This document shows, in pieces, positions 51,967-59,476 of a DNA stretch of 64,000 nucleotides. The DNA comes from Elusimicrobiota bacterium. Lineage in GTDB: Bacteria > Elusimicrobiota > Elusimicrobia > UBA1565 > UBA9628. The notes beneath the pieces are model-generated. The model worked only from the letters and a program-made list of their open reading frames with translations, made no database searches and was not told the origin of the DNA. Both the position numbers and the translations under genes were made by a program. The stretch's first letter is position 1; every line of letters starts with the position of its first letter. The DNA lies in NCBI GenBank assembly GCA_003151975.1, contig PLZD01000067.1, positions 1,143-65,142 on the forward strand, given 5' to 3'.

Positions 51967-53025
51967 CTAGACTTTCGCCGTCGCCTTCGCCTTGACCGCC
52001 GTGGAGGTTAGAGTGTCCGCCAGCGCGAGCCAGTCCTTGGTCACGGTCTTGAGTTTGGCCGTGGCCTCCTCGAGGCTGACGCCGAGAACTTCCGTGCCGC
52101 GCTGGGCGACCATCTGGCCGAATTTGCCTTGGTCGACGAGCTCGGCGGCTTTGACGCCGACCCTGGTTCCTAGAATTCTATCGAACAAGGTTGGGGCCCC
52201 GCCGCGCTGCATGTGGCCGATGACGGCCGAGCGCGTCTCGAGGCCGGTCTGCTTCTCGATGAGCTCCTGGAGCTTTTCCGCCACGCCCCGCTTTTTTAGG
52301 ATCATGTGCCCGAATTCGTCTAACTCTTCCTTGCCGGAATCGCCCAGATCAATCGCCTCGGAAGCTACGACGAGCGCGACTTTCTTGCGCGCGTGGGCGG
52401 CCTTGAGCTTCTCAACCATGTCCTTGACGTCGACGGGACGCTCGGGCAGGCAAATGTAGTCGGCCCCGGCGCCGATGCCGGTAAACAACGACACCCAGCC
52501 CGCGTGGCGGCCCATGACTTCGAGAACCATGATCCGGCGATGGCTGCGGCCCGTATCGAGAAGACGATGGGCCGCATCGACCGCGAGAGTGACGGACGTG
52601 TCGAAGCCGAAGGTGTAGTCGGTCGCCGAGAGGTCGTTGTCCATCGTCTTCGGAACGCCGACGATGGGGCACTTGTGCTCCTTGAAGAGCTTGCTGGCCA
52701 CGCCGAGAGTGTCCTCGCCGCCCATCGCGATCAAGGCGTCAAGCTTGAGCTTCTTGAAGGTCTCGAGCGTCTTGGGCACGCCGCCCTCTTTCTTGTAGGG
52801 ATTGGTGCGCGAGGTGCCGAGCATGGTGCCGCCCGTGCCGATGATTTCTTCCACCATATCGCGTGTTAGAGACACCGCGTCGGCGTTGATCATGCCCTTC
52901 CAGCCTTCCTGGATGCCCAAGCACTCGTAGCCGAGTTCATGAGCCTTGATCACGGCGCCCCGGATCGCGGGGTTGAGTCCCGGGCAATCGCCGCCGCCCG
53001 TCAGAATTCCGATGCGCTTAGCCAT
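51967..53025 (-). CDS. 6-phosphofructokinase, PPi-dependent type by active-site signature
   Basis: 352 aa with IGILTGGGDCPGLN. MGGEDT and PKTMDND occupy the positions of E. coli PfkA GGDGS (G104) and PGTIDND (G124). Confidence 0.9.
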   Translation of the reverse strand: MAKRIGILTGGGDCPGLNPAIRGAVIKAHELGYECLGIQEGWKGMINADAVSLTRDMVEEIIGTGGTMLGTSRTNPYKKEGGVPKTLETFKKLKLDALIAMGGEDTLGVASKLFKEHKCPIVGVPKTMDNDLSATDYTFGFDTSVTLAVDAAHRLLDTGRSHRRIMVLEVMGRHAGWVSLFTGIGAGADYICLPERPVDVKDMVEKLKAAHARKKVALVVASEAIDLGDSGKEELDEFGHMILKKRGVAEKLQELIEKQTGLETRSAVIGHMQRGGAPTLFDRILGTRVGVKAAELVDQGKFGQMVAQRGTEVLGVSLEEATAKLKTVTKDWLALADTLTSTAVKAKATAKV

Positions 53026-53029
53026 GGTC

Positions 53030-54115
53030 TTAATAGTCGCCTTTCACCGCTCCGGAAGTCCCCGCCTTCTCGCCTTTGCCGAGGTACCAGTCCTCCTTGA
53101 TCGGAGCGAGCATGTCGGCGGGCGTGATGCCGTAGCGCGCGTTCCACGGCTGCGCTGCGGCGTCGATGATCTTGTTGAGCGTCTTCATGCGGTCGACGCC
53201 CGTCGTCGCGAGGAACTTGGCGCGCGCTGCGGCATCATTCTGCTCGAAGTATTCGTTGAAGATCGCGCGGCCGGCCATGTAGCCGGAGCAGCCCGCCTTC
53301 ATCGCCATCTCGACTTGCTTGGTGAAGAGGTCGAACTTCTCGCCCGCGGAGAGCAGGACCCAAGGGCGGATGGCCGCCTCGTTGAGCTTGCCGAGATTGT
53401 CGGCGATCTGCGCGTCCGAGTCGTCCTTCATGTTGGCGGGGAACTCGAGCTTCAGGATGTCGGTGAGCGGCCCGATGAGCTTGGTCGACTCCATGATGTT
53501 CTTGACCTTGCGGGATTTGTATGAGGGAGAATTCTTGTCCTCGCCCTTGCGCGGGAAGGAGAGCTCCTCGGTCATGAGCAGGATGTCGTTCTTGGAGCAG
53601 TCCTTGGAGACCAGCTCCACGAACTTCATCTGCTTCGTGGTGTACTCCTTGTCCTCGGTGTCCATGTAGACCAGCAGCTTGACGGCCGCAGCGCCCATGA
53701 GCTTGATCTTGTCGACGTTCCAGCCGGCTTCGTACTCGCCGGGGATGCCCGCGTCGCGCGAGGCCTCGGAGCGGACGATGAGTCCGACCGTCTTGGGGTT
53801 GGAGAAGGTGGCTCCGGCCTGCCGCGCGCCGTAGATGACGTCGAGCAGCAGCGCCGAGGAGTGGGGCGAGAGGGCCTTGACCATCTCGAGCTTGACGCCC
53901 AAGATCTCGTCGAAGGTCGGCTCGGCCGGCTTGCCCGCCTTTTCGTGCATGGCGCGCAGGGCCTTCTTGAAGGAATTGCTTTGGTCCATGGCGAGGACCC
54001 GGAAGCGGTTGTTGTCGTCGGTGATCTGGCGCAAGCCCTGGAGCTTGCCCGAGGTCAGATGGGTGAAATGATCCTTGAGTCCTGCGTTCGGCTTGGCGGC
54101 GGTGGCGTTGGCCAT
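53030..54115 (-). CDS. class I aldolase of the LacD (tagatose-1,6-bisphosphate aldolase) family
   Basis: 361 aa. It is collinear with LacD as I recall it (VLAMDQSNSFKK, LLLDVIYG, GAAAVKLLVYMD, TDILKLEFP, LLSAGE, GYMAGRAIF). Confidence 0.8.
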   Translation of the reverse strand: MANATAAKPNAGLKDHFTHLTSGKLQGLRQITDDNNRFRVLAMDQSNSFKKALRAMHEKAGKPAEPTFDEILGVKLEMVKALSPHSSALLLDVIYGARQAGATFSNPKTVGLIVRSEASRDAGIPGEYEAGWNVDKIKLMGAAAVKLLVYMDTEDKEYTTKQMKFVELVSKDCSKNDILLMTEELSFPRKGEDKNSPSYKSRKVKNIMESTKLIGPLTDILKLEFPANMKDDSDAQIADNLGKLNEAAIRPWVLLSAGEKFDLFTKQVEMAMKAGCSGYMAGRAIFNEYFEQNDAAARAKFLATTGVDRMKTLNKIIDAAAQPWNARYGITPADMLAPIKEDWYLGKGEKAGTSGAVKGDY

Positions 54116-54145
54116 ATGAGTTCTCCTATGAGTGCGTCTACGACC

Positions 54146-54979
54146 TTAGAAATTGGCGCTGTATCTGAGCTGAATGATCCTTTCCGGGCCGCGCGAGTCG
54201 CCGTTGGCGTAGTAGCCGCCCTGGCCGATGGCCCGGATGTCGAAGTCAGCCGCGAAATGCGAGGTGATGAAGACCCGGAAACCCGCGTTGATGCGGCTGT
54301 CGAAAAAGTTCTGGATGTTGTCCCACTCCATCATCAGGAGCACCTTGTCCTTGATGTTGTAGCTGAACGGGATCGAGGCGAAGATCGCGTTGCTGTCGAA
54401 GTCCGAGATGTTCAAGCTCGGATGCGCCTGGAGGCCGGGGACCCCAAGCTCCTGGGTCGCGCCGACGAAGAAGCCGCGCTGTCGGTTGTTGTAGCGCCGG
54501 GCGACGCTGTCGTAGTCGTTGCCCTGGCCGTCGTAGCCCACGGCAAGCGACGGCAGCCAATGGTCGCCGTCGTAGAAGCGCCACTTGACCTGGGCATTGG
54601 GGGCGCGCACCCGCACGCCGTGATCGCTGCCGATGAGGCTGTCGACGGCCATCGAGCCGCCGATGTTGACGCCTTGATAGACGCCAAAGGAGACGTATTG
54701 GAGGAGGCCGCCGCGCGAGTAGAAGCGCGTGCGCGACGAGTAGCCGCCGTAGTCCAGGACCGCCGAGGTGGGCGCGTCGATGAGATCGGCGTCGGGCGCC
54801 AGCAGGCCGCCGCCCTCGATAGGGCCGTCGGACGACGACTTCTTGGGCTTGATCTTGACCATGGAGCCGCCGCCGGATGAGGGCGGATCGGCGGCGAAGG
54901 CGGGCAGGCTGAGGAAAGCGGCGAGGAGCAGGAGCAGGGCCCGGCGATAGGTCATGGACATGATTTTATGGTTTCTCAC
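54146..54979 (-). CDS. outer-membrane beta-barrel protein (unknown family)
   Basis: The signal peptide is MTYRRALLLLLAAFLSLPAFA. Alternating beta-strand-like segments follow, and the C-terminus ends ...IIQLRYSANF with an aromatic final residue. The GTG at 54979 is in a GTGA overlap with the receiver gene, and alternative ATG starts lie at 54961 and 54955. Confidence 0.7.
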   Translation of the reverse strand: MRNHKIMSMTYRRALLLLLAAFLSLPAFAADPPSSGGGSMVKIKPKKSSSDGPIEGGGLLAPDADLIDAPTSAVLDYGGYSSRTRFYSRGGLLQYVSFGVYQGVNIGGSMAVDSLIGSDHGVRVRAPNAQVKWRFYDGDHWLPSLAVGYDGQGNDYDSVARRYNNRQRGFFVGATQELGVPGLQAHPSLNISDFDSNAIFASIPFSYNIKDKVLLMMEWDNIQNFFDSRINAGFRVFITSHFAADFDIRAIGQGGYYANGDSRGPERIIQLRYSANF

Positions 54980-55356
54980 TTTGTCTTGGCAAGGATCTCC
55001 GCGAGCTTGGCGTGGAGTGCTGCCATCTCGAAGGGCTTTTGCACGACTTCTTCGGCGCCGCTCATGAGCGCCACGCCCTTCTCGCGCGTGGTGTCGCGGC
55101 TGGTCATGATGACGATCCGAGGCGCCTTGGCGCCGAGCTTGTTGGTTAGTTCGTAGGCCACGTGGTAGCCGTCGATGTAGGGCATCATGACGTCGAGCAG
55201 GACGAGGTCGAGCTTTTCGGCGAGGCCAATCTGCAGCGCGTCCTTGCCGTTGGCCGCCCCGAAGACCTCGTAGCCTTGGTAGGACAGGTCCATCTTGAGC
55301 AGATCCAAGAGGTCTGGGTCGTCATCGGCCACTAGGATGCGCTTTCGATCCGCCAT
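54976..55356 (-). CDS. stand-alone CheY-like receiver domain protein
   Basis: 126 aa from the ATG at 55356 (MADRKRILVADDDPDLLDLL...DLVLLDVMMP...IVIMTSR), with a GGGGAGA ribosome-binding site. The start lies 25 nt inside the dnaE 3' end. The track ORF extension to 55476 is Arg-rich and non-homologous. Confidence 0.88.
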   Translation of the reverse strand: MADRKRILVADDDPDLLDLLKMDLSYQGYEVFGAANGKDALQIGLAEKLDLVLLDVMMPYIDGYHVAYELTNKLGAKAPRIVIMTSRDTTREKGVALMSGAEEVVQKPFEMAALHAKLAEILAKTK

Positions 55357-58300
55357 GATTTCTCCCCTAAAATTGTCTCGATGGATTCTAGCAGATTTTG
55401 ATCTAAACGGACCTTCTGGTCCGTGTCGAGGACGGCGTCGCCCTCGGGCGTGGCCAGCTCGATGCTGACCGGGCAATTGCCCGGATGCGAGGCGAACGCC
55501 ATGCGCAGGCGCTCGAGGGCGGCATCCTCCAAGCCGCCGGGCGCTTTGAGCCTGAGCTTGCGGCCGTAGCGCAGGACCGCCATGTCGACGGGCATGATCT
55601 CCTCGACGATCATCTCGGCGGGGCTCTCGGGACCTTCTCCGCGGAACGAGAGTCTGCCGCTGACACAGACGATCGAGCCGACTTTGAGCTGTTTGTCCAA
55701 GCCCGAGGCATATGCCTTAGGGAAAATGAGCAGGTCGATCTCGCCCGAGAGGTCTTCGAGGCGCGCCTTGGCCATTTGCTCGCCCTTGCTCTTGGTGACC
55801 ATGCGCTTGACCTGCACCATGAGGCCCGCTAAACGCACCTTCTGGTTCGTGTCGAGCTTGGCGGGGGATAATGCGGCGATCTCGCTGGTGGCGGCGGCCT
55901 TGAGCTTTTCCTTGACGCCAAGGAGGGGATGCCCCGAGAAATAAAAACCGAGGACCTCTTTTTCGAAATTAAGGACATCGTGCTCGGAAAGCGGGGCGAC
56001 CCCGTCGTCGGAAGACGAGGAGGACTGCGACGGGGCGGCAGATGGCGTCTCGAACAAGAGCTCCTGCCCGTGTTGTTTGTCTTCGCGAATGGCCGCTTGG
56101 CGGTCAACGGCGTCCTCCATGCGGGCCAGGAGTTTCGCGCGGATGTGCGCCGGAGTCAGCCCGGAGGCGAGGCTGTCCATGGCGCCCGCCTTGACCAGCG
56201 ATTCGAGGACTTTCTTGTTGGCCGCGTGCAAATCGATGCGCGCGCAGAAATCCTCGAGATCCTTGAAGGGTCCGTCCGCGCGGGCCTTGATCAAAAAATC
56301 GATCGCGCCCGCGCCGACGTTCTTGATCGCCACGAGGCCAAAGCGAATCGAGTTGGGGTCTTCTATTGTAAAACGAGCTCCAGAAGTCTGCACGTCGGGC
56401 GGGAGAATCGTGATGCCCATTGCCTTGGCTTCCTCGAGATAGGTGACGAGCTTGTTCTCTTTGTCCTCGTTGCCGATGGAGGAGTGCCCGATCTCGGAGG
56501 TGGCGACAGCCGCCATGAACTCGAGCGGGTAGTTGGCCTTGAGCCAGGCGGTCTGGTATGCGACGAGGCCGTAAGCGGCTGAATGGGATTTATTAAAACC
56601 GTAGCCGCCGAACTGCACGAGCTGGTCGTAGACTTTATTTGCAAGTTTCCCCGAAATCTTGTGCTTGGCCGCGCCGCTCACGAAGGTGTCGCGCATCTTC
56701 TCGAGTTCTTCGGGGATCTTTTTTCCCATCGCCTTGCGCAAGCCGTCGGCTTGTCCGGGCGTGAAATCCGCGAGCTTCTTGCTGATCTCCATGACCTGCT
56801 CTTGGAACACGATGCAGCCGTAGGTATCCTTGAGTATGGGCTCTAAGAGCTCATGGTCGTAGGCGATCTTCTTCTTGCCGTGCTTGCGCTCGACGAACAT
56901 GTCGAGCATGCCCGACTGCATCGGGCCCGGCCGATAAAGCGCGATGAGCGAGACGATGTCGTCGAAGTGCGAGGGCTTCAGGCGGAAGAGCAGGTCGCGC
57001 ATGCCGGAGGAATCCAGCTGGAAGACGGCCAGGGCCTTGCCGGAGCGCAGCAGCTCGAAAGTTTTTATATCGTCGAGCGGAAGCGCGTCGATGTCGAACT
57101 TCGGGTCGCGGCGCGCGTGAATGAATTTCACGGCATCGTCGATAATCGAGAGCGTGCGCAGGCCGAGGAAGTCGACCTTGAGCAGGCCGAGCTTCGGGCA
57201 AACGTCGCCGTCGTACTGCGTCGTCACGACGTCGGATTTGCTGCCCTTGGCCAGCGGGCTGTACTTGACGACCGGCTCCTTGGTGATCAAGGTGCCGGCG
57301 GCGTGCACGCCCGTGTGGCGCTTGAGGCCCTCGAGCTTGAGCGAGAGCTCCAAGAGGCGCTTGATCTGCGGGTCCTTGGCCGCTTCCATCATCTCGGGGC
57401 CCTTCATGGCCTCGTGCAAGGTCACGTTGGGTCCGCCCGGGATCATCTTGGCGATGCGGTCGGTCTCCGAGAGCGGCACGTTCATCACGCGGCCGACGTC
57501 GCGGACCACGAGCTTGGCGCCCAAAGAGCCGAAGGTGATGATCTGGGCCACGTTGGAAGCGCCGTACTTGTTGCGCACGTACTCGATGACGCGGTCGCGG
57601 CCGGTGTCGGCGAAGTCGATGTCCAAGTCCGGCATCGATTTGCGGTCGGGATTGAGGAAGCGCTCGAACAGCAGCCGATTGACGATGGGATCGATGTTGG
57701 TGATGCGCAGGGAATAAGCGACCAGGGCCCCTGCACCGGAACCTCTTCCAGGACCTACAGGGACGCCGATGCTGCGCGCGTGCTTGATGAAATCCCAGAC
57801 GATGAGAAAGTAGCCGGAGAAGCCCATTTTCCTGATAACGCCGAGTTCGTAGTTGAGCCGCTCGCGGTACGCGGGCGCAATTTCGCCCATGCGTTCCTTC
57901 AAGCCTTTGAGGCAGAGTTCCTCGAGATAGGTATCCTGGTTGAAGCCCTCGGGCACGGTGAATTCGGGCAGCAGCATCTGATCCATTGGGATTTGCAGGT
58001 GGCACATCTCCTGGATCTTGAGCGTGTTCGTCAGGGACTCGGGGCAGAACGAAAAAATCTTGTGCATCTCGTCGGCGCTTTTGACGTAGTAGTCTTTTCC
58101 CTCGAATTTGAGGCGCGTGTTGGCCGGGTCGTCGATCTTGCGGCCCGTCGCGATGCAGACGCGCGCGTCCTGGGCGTCGACGTCGTCGGGCTTGGCGTAG
58201 TGGCAATCGTTGGTGGCCACCAGCGGAATCTTGGTGCGCTCGTGCAGCTCGAGCAGGGCTTTGAGGACCTGCTTCTGCTTGTCGAGGCCGTGGTCCATGA

Positions 58301-58856
58301 TCTCGAGGAAAAAGGCGCCGGGCTCGAGCTGGTCGCGGTACCAGCAGGCCAGCTTCTCGGCCTCGACGAGATTTCCCGCGAGTATGAGCTGCGAGAGCTC
58401 CGACTTGAGACAGCCCGAGAGCACCACGAGACCCTTGCCGTGCTTGGCCAGCAAGTCCTTGTCGGCGCGCGGATCGTAGTAATAGCCCTCGAGAAAGGCG
58501 GTCGTGGCCATCTGCATCAGATTCTGATAGCCCTCGAAATTGCGGGCCAGCACGGTCAGGTGGCAGTTTTCCTTTTGGGAGTGGCCGCGGTCGGTCAGTT
58601 TGCCCTTCGAGAAATACATCTCGCAGCCGATGATCGGGTTGATGCCGACTTTCTTGCAGTTCGTGTAGAACTCGATGGCCCCATACATGTTGCCGTGGTC
58701 GGTCAGGGCCATGCCCTTGGTCCCTTCGGCGGCGAGCCGCTTCAGGAGTTCTGAAGGCCCGCCGGAATGATCCGAGATGCGGATGATGCCGTCCATCAGC
58801 GAGTACTCGGAGTGGTTGTGGAGGTGGACGAATTCGGCTTTACCGCTGGCGGACAT
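55332..58856 (-). CDS. dnaE: DNA polymerase III alpha subunit
   Basis: 1,174 aa with a PHP domain (EFVHLHNHSEYSLMDG), a polymerase core (PDLDIDF, GLLKVDFLGL, RPGPMQ) and a C-terminal OB region. Confidence 0.97.
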   Translation of the reverse strand: MSASGKAEFVHLHNHSEYSLMDGIIRISDHSGGPSELLKRLAAEGTKGMALTDHGNMYGAIEFYTNCKKVGINPIIGCEMYFSKGKLTDRGHSQKENCHLTVLARNFEGYQNLMQMATTAFLEGYYYDPRADKDLLAKHGKGLVVLSGCLKSELSQLILAGNLVEAEKLACWYRDQLEPGAFFLEIMDHGLDKQKQVLKALLELHERTKIPLVATNDCHYAKPDDVDAQDARVCIATGRKIDDPANTRLKFEGKDYYVKSADEMHKIFSFCPESLTNTLKIQEMCHLQIPMDQMLLPEFTVPEGFNQDTYLEELCLKGLKERMGEIAPAYRERLNYELGVIRKMGFSGYFLIVWDFIKHARSIGVPVGPGRGSGAGALVAYSLRITNIDPIVNRLLFERFLNPDRKSMPDLDIDFADTGRDRVIEYVRNKYGASNVAQIITFGSLGAKLVVRDVGRVMNVPLSETDRIAKMIPGGPNVTLHEAMKGPEMMEAAKDPQIKRLLELSLKLEGLKRHTGVHAAGTLITKEPVVKYSPLAKGSKSDVVTTQYDGDVCPKLGLLKVDFLGLRTLSIIDDAVKFIHARRDPKFDIDALPLDDIKTFELLRSGKALAVFQLDSSGMRDLLFRLKPSHFDDIVSLIALYRPGPMQSGMLDMFVERKHGKKKIAYDHELLEPILKDTYGCIVFQEQVMEISKKLADFTPGQADGLRKAMGKKIPEELEKMRDTFVSGAAKHKISGKLANKVYDQLVQFGGYGFNKSHSAAYGLVAYQTAWLKANYPLEFMAAVATSEIGHSSIGNEDKENKLVTYLEEAKAMGITILPPDVQTSGARFTIEDPNSIRFGLVAIKNVGAGAIDFLIKARADGPFKDLEDFCARIDLHAANKKVLESLVKAGAMDSLASGLTPAHIRAKLLARMEDAVDRQAAIREDKQHGQELLFETPSAAPSQSSSSSDDGVAPLSEHDVLNFEKEVLGFYFSGHPLLGVKEKLKAAATSEIAALSPAKLDTNQKVRLAGLMVQVKRMVTKSKGEQMAKARLEDLSGEIDLLIFPKAYASGLDKQLKVGSIVCVSGRLSFRGEGPESPAEMIVEEIMPVDMAVLRYGRKLRLKAPGGLEDAALERLRMAFASHPGNCPVSIELATPEGDAVLDTDQKVRLDQNLLESIETILGEKSWRIESAS

Positions 58857-58883
58857 GTCGCTTAGCTGTTATAATTCGTTTGC

Positions 58884-59456
58884 TTGGAAAAGAAATCCGA
58901 TAAGCACCTGATCGAAAAACTCGTGCGAAAAAACCCGGTCTACCGGGGCAATTCCGTCGATTTCTGCGTCGACGAGATCCTTCTTCCCAACGGCCGCAAG
59001 GCGGTCCGCGAGTACCTCGACCACCCCGGCGCCGTCGGCGTCGTGCCCTTCCTGGACGAAAAAACCGTGGTCCTGGTGCGTCAATACCGCTACCCGGTCG
59101 GCGAGGTGACCTTGGAGCTGCCCGCCGGAAAGCTCGACGACGGCGAGAACATCCTGGCCTGCGTCAAACGCGAGCTTCACGAGGAGACCGGCTATACCGC
59201 CAAGCGCATACGGCCGCTGCTGCAGTATTGGCCGACTCCCGCCTTCGCCAACGAGGTCCTGCACCTGTTCGTCGCCGACGGGCTCACGCCCGGGGCGCTG
59301 CATCCCGACGAGGATGAATTCATCGAGGCCGTCAAAATGCCCTTTCAGAAGGCGCTCGACCTCGTGCTGAAGGGAAAAATCAAAGACTCAAAGACCGTCA
59401 TCGGGCTGCTCGCCTGCGCGGTCGGGCCGCGCGCGTCTCGACGGAGAGCGCGATAA
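58884..59456 (+). CDS. nudF: ADP-ribose pyrophosphatase (NUDIX hydrolase)
   Basis: 190 aa with a TTG start. The Nudix box is GKLDDGENILACVKRELHEETGY. It is collinear with B. subtilis NudF as I recall it. Confidence 0.88.
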   Translation: MEKKSDKHLIEKLVRKNPVYRGNSVDFCVDEILLPNGRKAVREYLDHPGAVGVVPFLDEKTVVLVRQYRYPVGEVTLELPAGKLDDGENILACVKRELHEETGYTAKRIRPLLQYWPTPAFANEVLHLFVADGLTPGALHPDEDEFIEAVKMPFQKALDLVLKGKIKDSKTVIGLLACAVGPRASRRRAR

Positions 59457-59476
59457 GGGATTCTACCAAATAATTA

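Noticed and set aside
58857-58883. 27-bp divergent spacer between dnaE and nudF as a shared regulatory element
   Set aside because: The spacer is too short to hold recognisable promoter hexamers for both genes, and the nudF start is a TTG with some uncertainty. Nothing in the sequence supports a specific site.
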